From: Mycolicibacterium smegmatis
GTDB lineage: Bacteria > Actinomycetota > Actinomycetes > Mycobacteriales > Mycobacteriaceae
DNA: 32,000 nucleotides
Reading direction: 5' to 3'
Assembly: GCF_001457595.1 (NCBI RefSeq)
Contig: NZ_LN831039.1
Coordinates: 3,930,001-3,962,000, forward strand
Positions 10,054 through 19,543 of this stretch are shown here, piece by piece; the stretch's first letter is position 1; the number at the start of each line of letters is the position of its first letter. The notes under the pieces are model-generated. The model was not told where the DNA came from and searched no databases. It saw only the letters and a list, made by a program, of their open reading frames with translations. Both the position numbers and the translations under genes were made by a program.

Positions 10054-10076
10054 AAAAGCCCTGCTCGAAGCAGGGC
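10054..10076 (-). terminator. Terminator-like hairpin plus U-tract inside the infC 5' leader (candidate attenuator)
   Basis: Minus strand reads GCCCTGC-TTCGA-GCAGGGC followed by TTTTCTGCTC. It sits about 65 nt upstream of the infC start, with no gene upstream on that strand. A second small hairpin (CTGCTC-ATC-GAGCAG, 10039-10053) follows. Confidence 0.4.
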
Positions 10077-10254
10077 CCATGCCGACCGATCAACGGCGTT
10101 CGCCGCCTGCGCCACCGTGACGGCGGGCACAGAACCGACACCCGAGGATGTCGGTGACCGGACCGTTGAACCGGGGTGGCCAACGGTGGGAGTGGGACTC
10201 CACTTACTGTCCCTGGCGTGAGCCGGGACGGTCGCACATGACAGTCTAGCAGGC

Positions 10255-10614
10255 ATGACCGATCAGAACGTAACGCCCGACGCAGCCGAGGCGCAGGTGC
10301 GCGACCTGGCCGAGATCCCGGCGGTGGAGGTGATCACCCGGGCGGCGGTCATGTTGATGAGCGCCGCGGCCGAGAAGATCGGGCTGTCCCACGAGAATCC
10401 CGACGATAGCCCACACCGCGACCTCGATGAGGCGCGGCGCCTGATCACCGCACTGGCCGGCCTCGTGACGGCGTCGGCGGAGTACCTGGGACCGCACGCG
10501 GGGCCGGTGCGCGACGGGCTCAAGGGCCTGCAACTGGCGTTCCGCGAGGCGAGCGCCGCACCCGACGAACCCGGCCAGGGCCCCGGCGAGAAGTACACCG
10601 GTCCGGTGTGGTGA
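10255..10614 (+). CDS. DUF1844 domain-containing protein
   Basis: 119 aa. ...[19 protein letters not shown]...[16 protein letters not shown]... matches my recollection of the DUF1844 family found next to infC in actinobacteria. Confidence 0.75.
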   Translation: MTDQNVTPDAAEAQVRDLAEIPAVEVITRAAVMLMSAAAEKIGLSHENPDDSPHRDLDEARRLITALAGLVTASAEYLGPHAGPVRDGLKGLQLAFREASAAPDEPGQGPGEKYTGPVW

Positions 10615-10619
10615 ACCGG

Positions 10620-10639
10620 CGCGCCGCCGCGGCGGCGCG
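10620..10639 (+). terminator. 20-nt perfect GC palindrome after the DUF1844 stop, with CTTTTCC 10 nt downstream (weak terminator candidate)
   Basis: Read directly: CGCGCCGCCGCGGCGGCGCG, starting 6 nt after the TGA at 10612-10614. Confidence 0.3.
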
Positions 10640-10681
10640 ACTCCCAGCTTTTCCCGGTCAGAGGGCATATTCTCCCGGCCT

Positions 10682-13600
10682 ATGACCGTAATCAGTCGCG
10701 TCGAGCACCTCCCGGCGCGTCCGGCCTCCCGAGTGGCCTGGGTGCCCGCGGCAGCGGGCTGGACCGTCGGCGTCATCGCGACCCTCTCGTTGATCGCCAG
10801 CGTCTCGCCTCTCGTGCGCTCGCTCATCCGGGTGCCGCGGGAGTTCGTCAACGACTTCATCTTCAACTTCCCGGACACCAGCTTCGCCTGGGCGTTCGTC
10901 CTGGCGCTGCTGGCCGCCGCGCTGGCGGCCCGCAAGCGCATCGCGTGGTGGGTCCTGGTGCTCTACCTGGTGGGTGCCATCGGCTGGAACGTGGGCGATC
11001 TCGCGGCGGGCGGCGACACCGTCGCCGACGACATCGGCGAGCTCATCGGCATCGCCTTCCACGTCGCGGCGATCGTGTTCCTGGTGGTGGCCCGCAAGGA
11101 GTTCTGGGCCAAGGTCCGCCGCGGCGCTCTGCTCAAGTCGGCGGCGGTGCTGGTGGCCGGCAACCTGATCGGCATCGTCGTGGCGTGGGGACTGCTGCAG
11201 GCGTTCCCGGGCACCCTTGACCCCGAGTGGCGGTTGCCGTACGCGGTCAACCGGGTCAGCGGGTTCGCGACCGTGCCCACCGAGGTGTTCGAGGGTTACT
11301 CGCACACGTTCCTCAACGCGATCTTCGGCCTGTTCGGCGCACTGGCTTTGATGGCCGCGGCGATCGTGCTGTTCCAATCGCAGCGCGCGTCGAACGCGCT
11401 CACCGGTGAGGACGAGTCCGCCATCCGGGGGCTGCTCGAGCTCTACGGCAAGAACGACTCCCTCGGCTACTTCGCGACCCGCCGCGACAAGTCGGTGGTG
11501 TTCGCGCCGAACGGACGCGCCGCAATCACCTACCGCGTCGAGGTCGGCGTGTGCCTGGCCAGTGGCGACCCCGTCGGTGACCCCAAGTCGTGGCCGCAGG
11601 CCATCGCGGCGTGGTTGCAGTTGTGCCAGGCCTACGGCTGGGCACCCGGCGTGATGGGCGCGAGCCTGGCGGGCGCCGAGGCCTACCGGGCCGCGGGTCT
11701 CAACGCGCTGCAACTGGGCGACGAGGCGATCCTGCACCCCGACCGCTTCCGGTTGTCGGGACCCGACATGCGCGCCGTGCGCCAGGCCGTGACCCGCGCG
11801 CGCCGGGCAGGCACCTCGGTGCGGATCCGGCGGCACCGCGAACTGTCACCCGAGGAGATGGCCGCGGTGATCCGGCGTGCCGACGCGTGGCGCGACACCG
11901 AGACCGAACGCGGCTTCTCGATGGCGCTGGGCCGGCTGGGCGATCCCGCCGACGACGACTGTCTGCTGGTCGAGGCCGTGCAGGGCGATGAGGTGGTGGC
12001 GATGCTGTCGCTCGTGCCGTGGGGCAGCAACGGTGTGTCGCTCGACGTCATGCGACGCTCACCGCGGTCGCCCAACGGCACCATCGAGCTGATGGTCAGC
12101 GAGCTGTGCATGCAGGCCGAGGACATCGGCATCAGCCGGATCTCATTGAACTTCGCGATGTTCCGCTCGGCGTTCGAGCAGGGCGCGCAGCTGGGTGCCG
12201 GGCCGGTCGCGCGGCTGTGGCGGGCCCTGCTGGTGTTCTTCTCCAAATGGTGGCAGCTGGAGAGCCTGTACCGCTCCAACAGGAAGTACCAGCCCGAGTG
12301 GGTGCCGCGGTACGCGTGTTACGAGGACGCGCGGCTGGTGCCGCGGGTCGGTGTGGCGTCGGTGATTGCGGAAGGCTTTCTGGTGCTTCCGTTCTCGCGA
12401 CGCAACAAGCAACACACCGGCGAGCACATCGCCGCACCCGACACCCTGGTGCAGTCCGGGCGACTGCACCGCGACGGCAGCGCACCCGACGTCACCGGGC
12501 TGCAGGGCGAGCTGCCCGACGCCGACGACGAGCCCCGCCTGCCCGAGCAGGTCCGCGTGCGCATGGCCAAACTCAAGGCGTTGCAGGGCAACGGCGTCGA
12601 CGCCTACCCCGTGGGGCAACCGCCCAGCCACACCGTCGCTCAGGCCCTTGGCGCCACCGATGGCGAGACGCTGTCGGTGGCCGGCCGTGTGATGCGGATC
12701 CGCGACTACGGCGGCGTGCTGTTCGCGCAACTGCGGGACTGGTCGGGTGAGGTCCAATTGCTGTTGGACAACGCCGCACTGACCGAGGGCGAGACCGCGG
12801 ACTTCACCGCGACGATCGACCTGGGCGACCTCGTCGAGGTGACCGGTTCGATGGGCTTCAGCCGCAACGGAACCCGCTCGCTGCTGGTCGAGCGCTGGCG
12901 ACTGATCGGCAAGTGCCTGCGCCCGCTGCCCGACAAGTGGAAGGGCCTCACCGACCAGGAGGCCCGTGTGCGGGCCCGCTATGTCGACCTGGCCGTCAAC
13001 ACCGAGGCGCGCGATCTGATCCGCGCACGCAGCGGCGCGTTGCACGCCATCCGGGAAACCCTGTACTCCAAGGGTTTCCTCGAGGTCGAGACCCCGATCC
13101 TGCAGCAAATCCACGGCGGCGCCAACGCCAGGCCGTTCTTGACCCACATCAACGCCTACGACCTGGACCTGTATCTGCGGATCGCACCCGAGCTGTACCT
13201 CAAGCGGTTGTGCGTGGGCGGTGTCGAGCGGGTCTTCGAACTGGGCCGCGCGTTCCGCAACGAGGGCGTCGACTTCAGCCACAACCCCGAGTTCACACTC
13301 CTGGAGGCCTATCAGGCGCACGCCGACTACAACGTGTGGATCGACGGCTGCCGCGAGCTGATCCAGAACGCGGCACAGGCCGCCAACGGTGCGCAGGTGT
13401 TCCTGCGGCCCCGCCCGAACGATCCGGCCGGGACCCTCGAGCCCGTCGACATCTCCGGGCAGTGGGCCGTCAAGACCGTGCACGACGCGGTCTCCGAGGC
13501 GATCGGCGAGCACATCACGCCCGAGACCGAGCTGGGCGAGCTTCGGCGCCTGTGTGATTCGGCCGGTATTCCCTACCTGACGCACTGGGACGCCGGTGCG

Positions 13601-14002
13601 GTGGTTCTGGAGATGTACGAGCACCTGGTCGAGGACCGCACCACCGAACCCACGTTCTACAAGGACTTCCCGACGTCGGTGTCGCCGCTGACCCGGCCGC
13701 ACCGCAGCATCCCGGGGGTCGCCGAACGCTGGGACCTGGTGGCGTGGGGCGTCGAACTCGGCACGGCCTACAGCGAGCTGACCGATCCGGTCGAGCAGCG
13801 CCGCCGCCTGCAGGAGCAGTCCCTGCTTGCGGCCGGTGGTGATCCCGAGGCGATGGAACTCGACGAGGACTTCCTGCAGGCCATGGAGTACGCCATGCCG
13901 CCGACCGGCGGCCTGGGCATGGGCGTGGACCGCGTGGTCATGATGATCACCGGGCGCAGCATCCGTGAGACGCTGCCGTTCCCGCTCGCCAAACCGCGTT
14001 AG
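10682..14002 (+). CDS. lysX: Bifunctional lysylphosphatidylglycerol synthetase / lysine--tRNA ligase LysX
   Basis: 1106 aa. The N-terminal polytopic MprF-like domain is fused to a class II LysRS (...[22 protein letters not shown]..., ...[16 protein letters not shown]...). Same position as Rv1640c. Confidence 0.95.
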   Translation: MTVISRVEHLPARPASRVAWVPAAAGWTVGVIATLSLIASVSPLVRSLIRVPREFVNDFIFNFPDTSFAWAFVLALLAAALAARKRIAWWVLVLYLVGAIGWNVGDLAAGGDTVADDIGELIGIAFHVAAIVFLVVARKEFWAKVRRGALLKSAAVLVAGNLIGIVVAWGLLQAFPGTLDPEWRLPYAVNRVSGFATVPTEVFEGYSHTFLNAIFGLFGALALMAAAIVLFQSQRASNALTGEDESAIRGLLELYGKNDSLGYFATRRDKSVVFAPNGRAAITYRVEVGVCLASGDPVGDPKSWPQAIAAWLQLCQAYGWAPGVMGASLAGAEAYRAAGLNALQLGDEAILHPDRFRLSGPDMRAVRQAVTRARRAGTSVRIRRHRELSPEEMAAVIRRADAWRDTETERGFSMALGRLGDPADDDCLLVEAVQGDEVVAMLSLVPWGSNGVSLDVMRRSPRSPNGTIELMVSELCMQAEDIGISRISLNFAMFRSAFEQGAQLGAGPVARLWRALLVFFSKWWQLESLYRSNRKYQPEWVPRYACYEDARLVPRVGVASVIAEGFLVLPFSRRNKQHTGEHIAAPDTLVQSGRLHRDGSAPDVTGLQGELPDADDEPRLPEQVRVRMAKLKALQGNGVDAYPVGQPPSHTVAQALGATDGETLSVAGRVMRIRDYGGVLFAQLRDWSGEVQLLLDNAALTEGETADFTATIDLGDLVEVTGSMGFSRNGTRSLLVERWRLIGKCLRPLPDKWKGLTDQEARVRARYVDLAVNTEARDLIRARSGALHAIRETLYSKGFLEVETPILQQIHGGANARPFLTHINAYDLDLYLRIAPELYLKRLCVGGVERVFELGRAFRNEGVDFSHNPEFTLLEAYQAHADYNVWIDGCRELIQNAAQAANGAQVFLRPRPNDPAGTLEPVDISGQWAVKTVHDAVSEAIGEHITPETELGELRRLCDSAGIPYLTHWDAGAVVLEMYEHLVEDRTTEPTFYKDFPTSVSPLTRPHRSIPGVAERWDLVAWGVELGTAYSELTDPVEQRRRLQEQSLLAAGGDPEAMELDEDFLQAMEYAMPPTGGLGMGVDRVVMMITGRSIRETLPFPLAKPR

Positions 14003-14049
14003 CAGGTAACGCACAGCCGACCGTAAGCATCGCCGGTCACGATTGGCCC

Positions 14050-15414
14050 GTGACCTTCACCCACCACCTGTCCCTGATGCACGGCTGGGTACCGACGACA
14101 GTGCAGGTCGTCACGGCCGTGATCCTCATCGCGGCCGTGGGCCGGCGCACGTGGCGCTGGCATCTCATCTGGCTGCCCGCGGCCGCGGCGGTCGGCGCCG
14201 TCCTGGCGCTGGGCACGTTCTGGTACATCCAGAGCGAGGGTCTGGCCGGTAACCCGGCGCCGCGGTCACTGTGGGTGTGGATCGCGATCAGCGGCGCCAC
14301 GGTGGTGGTGCTGGTGGCCGGTTGGCCGCGCAGCCGGTGGTGGCGGCGGGGGGCGTCGGCGCTCGCGATCCCCATGAGCGTGCTGTGCGCCGCACTCGCT
14401 TTGAACCTGTGGGTCGGCTACTTCCCGTGGGTGCAGACCGCGTGGAACCAGTTGACGGCCGGGCCGCTGCCCGACCAGACCGATCAGGTGACGGTGGCCG
14501 CGATGCAGCGCGACGGGGCGGTTCCCGCCAAGGGCACCGTGGTGCCCGTCCAGATCCCGAACACCGCATCGGGTTTCCGGCACCGCCAGGAGTACGTGTA
14601 CCTGCCGCCGGCGTGGTTCGCGGCCAATCCGCCGCCGAAGCTGCCGACTGTGATGATGATCGGCGGCGAGTTCAACACGCCCGCCGACTGGATGCGCGCG
14701 GGCAACGTCATCTCCACCGTGGACGCTTTCGCGGCCTCCCACCACGGCTTCGCACCCGTGCTGGTGTTCGTCGACCCGGGCGGTGCGTTCAACAACGACA
14801 CCGAATGCGTCAACGGCAGCCGCGGCAACGCCGCCGATCACCTCACGAAAGACGTTGTGCCGTACCTGGAAGCGCACTACGGCGTGAGCGCCGCGGCCGC
14901 CAACTGGGGCATCGTGGGCTGGTCGATGGGCGGCACCTGCGCGGTGGATCTGGCCGTCATGCACCCCGACATGTTCAGCGCGTTCGTCGACATCGCCGGT
15001 GACCTCACACCGAACTCGGGCACCAAGGCCCAGACCATCGACCGGCTGTTCGGCGGCAACGCCGCGGCGTGGGACGCGTTCGACCCGACCACGGTGATCA
15101 ACCGGCACGGCCACTATCAGGATGTGGCCGGCTGGTTCGACGTGAACACCGGCGGACCGGGCACCGCGCCCAACGATCAGGCCAAGGCCGCGAACTCGCT
15201 GTGCACGCTGGGTTCGAGCCACGGCATCGCGTGTGCGGTCCAGGCCCAACCCGGCACGCACGACTGGCCGTTCGCGACACAGGCGTTCAAGGCGTCACTG
15301 CCGTGGCTGGCCGGGGCGATCGGCACCCCGGACGTCCCGGTGGTCGGATTGCCCGCCTCCGCGCCGAGCGCGCCGGCGTTCATCGAGAGCGGCAAGACGG
15401 CCGGCCCGAAATAG
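14050..15414 (+). CDS. Membrane-anchored alpha/beta hydrolase, esterase family (Rv1639c-like)
   Basis: 454 aa, GTG start. N-terminal TM helices are followed by an esterase-D/Ag85-like domain with the nucleophile motif GIVGWSMGG. Confidence 0.8.
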   Translation: MTFTHHLSLMHGWVPTTVQVVTAVILIAAVGRRTWRWHLIWLPAAAAVGAVLALGTFWYIQSEGLAGNPAPRSLWVWIAISGATVVVLVAGWPRSRWWRRGASALAIPMSVLCAALALNLWVGYFPWVQTAWNQLTAGPLPDQTDQVTVAAMQRDGAVPAKGTVVPVQIPNTASGFRHRQEYVYLPPAWFAANPPPKLPTVMMIGGEFNTPADWMRAGNVISTVDAFAASHHGFAPVLVFVDPGGAFNNDTECVNGSRGNAADHLTKDVVPYLEAHYGVSAAAANWGIVGWSMGGTCAVDLAVMHPDMFSAFVDIAGDLTPNSGTKAQTIDRLFGGNAAAWDAFDPTTVINRHGHYQDVAGWFDVNTGGPGTAPNDQAKAANSLCTLGSSHGIACAVQAQPGTHDWPFATQAFKASLPWLAGAIGTPDVPVVGLPASAPSAPAFIESGKTAGPK

Positions 15415-15425
15415 CCCCGGCCTGA

Positions 15426-16454
15426 TCAGTAGTCGGATTCTGCGGCCAGGATCTCGGCGAGGTACGCGTCTGCCGTGGGCGCCGCGAGTCGTGCCCTGGC
15501 GAACGCCCGCACGCGGGCCCGGGTCCGGGCGTCCTCGTCTGGTCCGGCGGTGGCGCCCACGTGCACCACGGCCGTGCTCCAGTCCTGGTTCCACGCCTCG
15601 GTTTCCGTCGTCGGGCGCCCGCCGGTGACCATCGGTATCTCGGCGCGCCCGTCGGCAGCGAGCACACCCGCGCCGCCGTGGTCACCACACCGGACGGTCA
15701 CCGGGATGCCGTCGGCGTGACCCGGCCCCGAAAGAGCCACCTGGACAACGACGTCGACGGCTCCACCGTCGCTGCGCACCGACCACTCGACGGTGTCCTC
15801 GGCCGCGTCGAAGATCCCGGGCGGCACGGCCGACCACCGCACGGTTGCCACTCCCCCGGCGATCGCGTCTTGCCGCGAGGTACGTGAGCCTGCTGCCAGG
15901 GCGTAGTCCGCGCGCCGGACGGGGCCGACCGGCACGGTGGCGGTCCAGTCGACGCCGATCTCGGCGGCCAGGTCCCGGCACCGGTCGATGAGCGCGGTGA
16001 CGCGGGGATCACCCTCGGCCGCCAGGGCGTCCAGGCGTGCGGTATGTGGCGCCAACAGGCCCGCCACGTCGGAGTCGAGGGTGTCGTCGGTGAAGAACTC
16101 CTCGGCGGCGACGGTCGAGAGCGCAATCTCGGCGTCGAGCAGCGCGGGATCCAGTTCGGCGATGCCTTCGCGGATACTCGCGGGCCACCAGCGGCGCAGC
16201 CAGTGGCCGAGCGCCAACCGCCGCAGGGCGTCGGTCGAGCCGGGCAGCACCTGGAGGTCTGCCGTGCGTCCCTCAACCACAGCGACATGCGCCTGCTCAC
16301 CGACCACCCGCCAGAGCCAGTCCGCCCGAAGCGGATCGGTGAAACTGATCTCCGGTGCGGTGCTGGGTTCTTCGTCGACGATCCACGACAACACCGCGCC
16401 GCTGACCTCGAGCACCGCAACCGACGGCAGCGGCGGATACCCCGGATCTGTCAT
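15426..16454 (-). CDS. Hypothetical protein (342 aa), no motif recognised
   Basis: Starts at M41 of the track ORF (MTDPGYPPLPS...). This ATG forms an ATGA overlap with the stop of the upstream ORF (16451-16454). The composition is protein-like (acidic, Trp-containing). Convergent with the esterase gene across an 11-nt gap. Confidence 0.6.
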   Translation of the reverse strand: MTDPGYPPLPSVAVLEVSGAVLSWIVDEEPSTAPEISFTDPLRADWLWRVVGEQAHVAVVEGRTADLQVLPGSTDALRRLALGHWLRRWWPASIREGIAELDPALLDAEIALSTVAAEEFFTDDTLDSDVAGLLAPHTARLDALAAEGDPRVTALIDRCRDLAAEIGVDWTATVPVGPVRRADYALAAGSRTSRQDAIAGGVATVRWSAVPPGIFDAAEDTVEWSVRSDGGAVDVVVQVALSGPGHADGIPVTVRCGDHGGAGVLAADGRAEIPMVTGGRPTTETEAWNQDWSTAVVHVGATAGPDEDARTRARVRAFARARLAAPTADAYLAEILAAESDY

Positions 16455-17737
16455 CCCGCCACCTGCACTTCCAGCATCGACTTGATCCGTTGCCGGTGAT
16501 CCAGGCTCACCGAGCGTGCGACACCTTCGAGCAGCGCACGCAGATCGTCGACGTCGCGGCACGATTCCTGCCACACGTCACGGCCGTGCAGCCTGGCCCA
16601 CAGCCGGCTGGTGTACGGCCGCGCGAACGACGCGAGGTCGTCGACCACCTGCTGCTGGCGCGGATGGATCGCCTCGCCGCCTGCGAGGTACCGGCGCGCG
16701 TGCAGCACATAGGCTTCCTTGGCCAGCCGCGACTGGATCCGCGACGACACCTCGTAGCGCGTCGGTGCGGCCTCGGCCAACGGGCGCAGATCGGTCGCGA
16801 CCTCGATCCCGGCGAGCAGCGCGGCCTGGTGGTCCTCGGCCAGCAGCCCCCACGGCGCGCACGCGCGGTCCACCTCCTCGGCGCACAGCAGTGGCACGTC
16901 GGGCAGTTCGTCGCGGGCGAGCGCACGCCGCAGTGTCGCCCGCACCCGGTCGACCACGCTTCGGTCCAGGGGCGGGTCCGGGGTCCGGTTTCCGCCCTCC
17001 GGCGTATCGATCGGCGGAGGTTGTTGCGGCACAGTAGAACACAGCCCGATGTCGGTGACCGACCACGGTCGGTCGGCGGGTGGGTTGGCGCCGGGACGCC
17101 GGATGCCCGCACCGAGGTTGTGCGGCGTGGCGTCGGCGATCAGCGCCGACCACACGCGTTGCCGCGCGGCTTCGGCGTTGTGGGTGGCGGCGGGCCCGAG
17201 CACCGTGGTCAGACCCGAGAAGAACGGGCCCGTGATCGCCTGGGACGGCGTCACATCGGCCCAGCTGCGCTGCAGTTGACGCTGCAACTGCCGCACCACC
17301 TGCGGGCTCTCGATGTGACGGTTGAGCACCTCGACGGCCGTGCGATCCCGGCCGCCGTGAACGTCGGCCAGCGTCCGGCGCGCCACCTCATCCGCGTCGT
17401 GCGCGGGCATGCCGCGTGCGACGGCGAGTTCGAAGCATGCCGGGAAGTAGAGTTCCTGCGCGTTGCCCGTGGTGATGCGCCTGCGCCTGCGTTCCTGTTT
17501 GAGCAGCGTGAACCAGGCCGCGGCGGCACGTAGACGCGGTGCGGCGCCGACGATCTCGGCATGCATCGCGGCAGCGGTGTCCGGGTCGAGCACGGCCGCG
17601 GAGAACTGGGTGTTGCTGCGCAACCGGAGCACCAGAGGATCGATGATGCGTTTGACGGTGCGCCGCAGCGGCGCACCGTCGTCGCCGCTGAGCACCTCGA
17701 CGCCGGATCCGATCGCACGCCAGGCCCGGTCGATCAC
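16451..17737 (-). CDS. Hypothetical protein (about 429 aa), helical, with an internal Pro-rich linker; no motif recognised
   Basis: The C-terminal ~430 codons of track ORF 16451..18229 look protein-like. The first ~150 codons are Ser/Thr/Arg-rich and antisense to a better + strand ORF. GTG 17737 has GAGG 6 nt upstream. Alternative starts are GTG 17803 (7 nt after a TATCCT -10-like hexamer, so possibly leaderless) and GTG 17764. Confidence 0.6.
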   Translation of the reverse strand: MIDRAWRAIGSGVEVLSGDDGAPLRRTVKRIIDPLVLRLRSNTQFSAAVLDPDTAAAMHAEIVGAAPRLRAAAAWFTLLKQERRRRRITTGNAQELYFPACFELAVARGMPAHDADEVARRTLADVHGGRDRTAVEVLNRHIESPQVVRQLQRQLQRSWADVTPSQAITGPFFSGLTTVLGPAATHNAEAARQRVWSALIADATPHNLGAGIRRPGANPPADRPWSVTDIGLCSTVPQQPPPIDTPEGGNRTPDPPLDRSVVDRVRATLRRALARDELPDVPLLCAEEVDRACAPWGLLAEDHQAALLAGIEVATDLRPLAEAAPTRYEVSSRIQSRLAKEAYVLHARRYLAGGEAIHPRQQQVVDDLASFARPYTSRLWARLHGRDVWQESCRDVDDLRALLEGVARSVSLDHRQRIKSMLEVQVAG

Positions 17738-17867
17738 CGCGCGCCTCGGTTGGGCCGCTCGCACCGCCGCGACTGCAGGCGTAGTGTCCGACCCGGTGCT
17801 CACCGGCACCAGGATAGAGGGACAGAACTTGGGTTCGGTAGCCGTCGGCGTCCCGGACGCTGGACCG

Positions 17868-18335
17868 ATGACCGACACCGTGCTGTTCACCGTCCTGTGC
17901 ATCGCGTGCTTCGGCGTCGCGACGGCGTTGCGGGCCGCCGTGGCACGGCGAGGATCCGATGACGTCCCCCCGCGCGACCCAAAAGACACGGAAGCCTCCG
18001 AACGTCTGGTGACCCTTGCCGAACTCGCCGCCGAATTCGACGAGATGCTCATTCGCAAAGGGGTGATGACGAGCACCCAGGTCTCGTTGATGCGTACCGG
18101 CATCCGATCCCGCGGCGTGGTCACCGGGATGCGGACCACGGGCGTGGTGCGTGAGGATTTCCGTGAGGTCGAACTCGATCTCATGGTGAGCCGCACCGGC
18201 GGCGGACAGTTCGCGGCCCGGCAGACCACGCTGATTCCGTTGTCGTCACTGCACAGGGTGTTTCCCGGCAGCGTGGTCGACGCGTACTACCGGCCGGGCG
18301 ACGAGCGCACGGTCGCGGTGTGCGTGTCACCCTGA
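17868..18335 (+). CDS. Small membrane protein (155 aa): N-terminal TM helix plus a beta-rich C-terminal domain (DUF3592-like impression)
   Basis: MTDTVLFTVLCIACFGVATAL... is a TM helix followed by a balanced composition. The antisense frame is junk. Possible alternative TTG start at 17829 (GAGGGA 6 nt upstream). Its stop lies 5 nt from the stop of the convergent CHAT gene. Confidence 0.6.
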   Translation: MTDTVLFTVLCIACFGVATALRAAVARRGSDDVPPRDPKDTEASERLVTLAELAAEFDEMLIRKGVMTSTQVSLMRTGIRSRGVVTGMRTTGVVREDFREVELDLMVSRTGGGQFAARQTTLIPLSSLHRVFPGSVVDAYYRPGDERTVAVCVSP

Positions 18336-18340
18336 CCGGC

Positions 18341-19543
18341 TCAGCGGGCACCGTCGACCGCGAAGGTCGCCAGCGACGCCCAGTACAGCGGGCTCGCGGT
18401 CACCTCACCCTCGCGCCAGCGGCGCATCTGCGCGCGCTGCCACTGGTTCACCGCGATACCTGCCTGTTCCTGGTTGTGGGCGAGGTCGACCCCGATCACG
18501 GTGTCGGCCATGGGATCGGCGTCGTCGGCGGTGAACGTGCGATAGCCGGCGCTGGTGGGCAACGGCCACAACGTGGCGGTGACCAGTTGCGCGCCACCGA
18601 GCACCATGGCCGCCACCAGACCCGTGGCCTCGTCGAACCGGTAGTCACCGCCGGATGCGCAGGCCAGCAGCGCCACTCGTGGCGGTACCGCAAGTGCCTG
18701 TGCGATGACGTCGGCCGCGCTCAGCGGTTCCGGTTCGGCGAGGTGCAGCGCGGCGCGGTCGGCGGTGTCGCCCTCGGCGGCGCTCGCGTGCCCGACGTAA
18801 AGCATGCGCGACGGTTCGTGTTCGCAGGCCCGTGCCAGCCAGCCGCGGTCGGCGTCGGGCCTGCGGAAGAGGTCGACCGGTCCATCGACCCGCGGCAGGA
18901 CCTGCCGCTGCGCCACCGCAGTGGCGAAGTGACGCGACAGCGGTGTGCCGGGTGTGGGCCTGCCGAGGACCGATCCGAGCGCGGAATCGGGGCGCTGCCC
19001 GGGGATTCGGGGGTCCAGCACCAGCAGCGCCGGGTTGTCGCGACGCGTGGTCCAGCTCACCGACCGGCGTGGCGCGTGGACGATGTTGGGCGGCACGGCC
19101 ATCAGTACGTCGACGAGTTCCATGAGCCGGAACTTGTGCAGCCCGGGCATCGCGAGTTGACCCCATGGCACGCGTGCCAGCTTGGGGCTCGGTGTGACGA
19201 ACAGCGTGGCCCGCGGCGCGGACACGCAGTCGATCAACAGATTCCAGGCCGGTTTGGGGATCAGGTGCGAGCCGAGTTCCTTCGCGAACTTGAGTTCCCG
19301 TTTTGGGTCGGCGAACGGTCCTGCGGTCAAGGATCTTTCGACGGCAGCAGCGACGGTTTCGCCACCGCGGGGGTCGGGCAGCGCGTCGTCGAGCGCGCTG
19401 TAGACGGCGGGCAGAGCAGGTTCTTCGAGCACCCATTTGAGCGTGCGTGCCGGCTCCCCCACCACCCGCAGGGTCGCGTAGGTCGCGACGCCCACGTCAG
19501 CGAATCGCAGTACCAGTGTCGCGGTCACGGCCAGGTCGCCCAT
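18341..19543 (-). CDS. CHAT domain-containing protein (caspase-fold cysteine protease)
   Basis: 400 aa. His-Cys dyad context is present (...RMLYVGHASAAEGD..., H252, and ...PRVALLACASGGD..., C295). So are LVTATLWPLP and the C-terminal ...SPLYWASLATFAVDG typical of CHAT domains. The ATG at 19543 overlaps the upstream ORF by 19 nt; an alternative GTG at 19528 gives a GTGA overlap. Confidence 0.8.
   Translation of the reverse strand: MGDLAVTATLVLRFADVGVATYATLRVVGEPARTLKWVLEEPALPAVYSALDDALPDPRGGETVAAAVERSLTAGPFADPKRELKFAKELGSHLIPKPAWNLLIDCVSAPRATLFVTPSPKLARVPWGQLAMPGLHKFRLMELVDVLMAVPPNIVHAPRRSVSWTTRRDNPALLVLDPRIPGQRPDSALGSVLGRPTPGTPLSRHFATAVAQRQVLPRVDGPVDLFRRPDADRGWLARACEHEPSRMLYVGHASAAEGDTADRAALHLAEPEPLSAADVIAQALAVPPRVALLACASGGDYRFDEATGLVAAMVLGGAQLVTATLWPLPTSAGYRTFTADDADPMADTVIGVDLAHNQEQAGIAVNQWQRAQMRRWREGEVTASPLYWASLATFAVDGAR

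Noticed and set aside
17738-18229. N-terminal ~164 codons of track ORF 16451..18229 taken as real coding sequence.
   Set aside because: This part is Ser/Thr/Arg/Pro-rich. It is antisense to a well-formed small membrane-protein ORF. Plausible internal GTG starts with an SD or with -10 geometry exist downstream.
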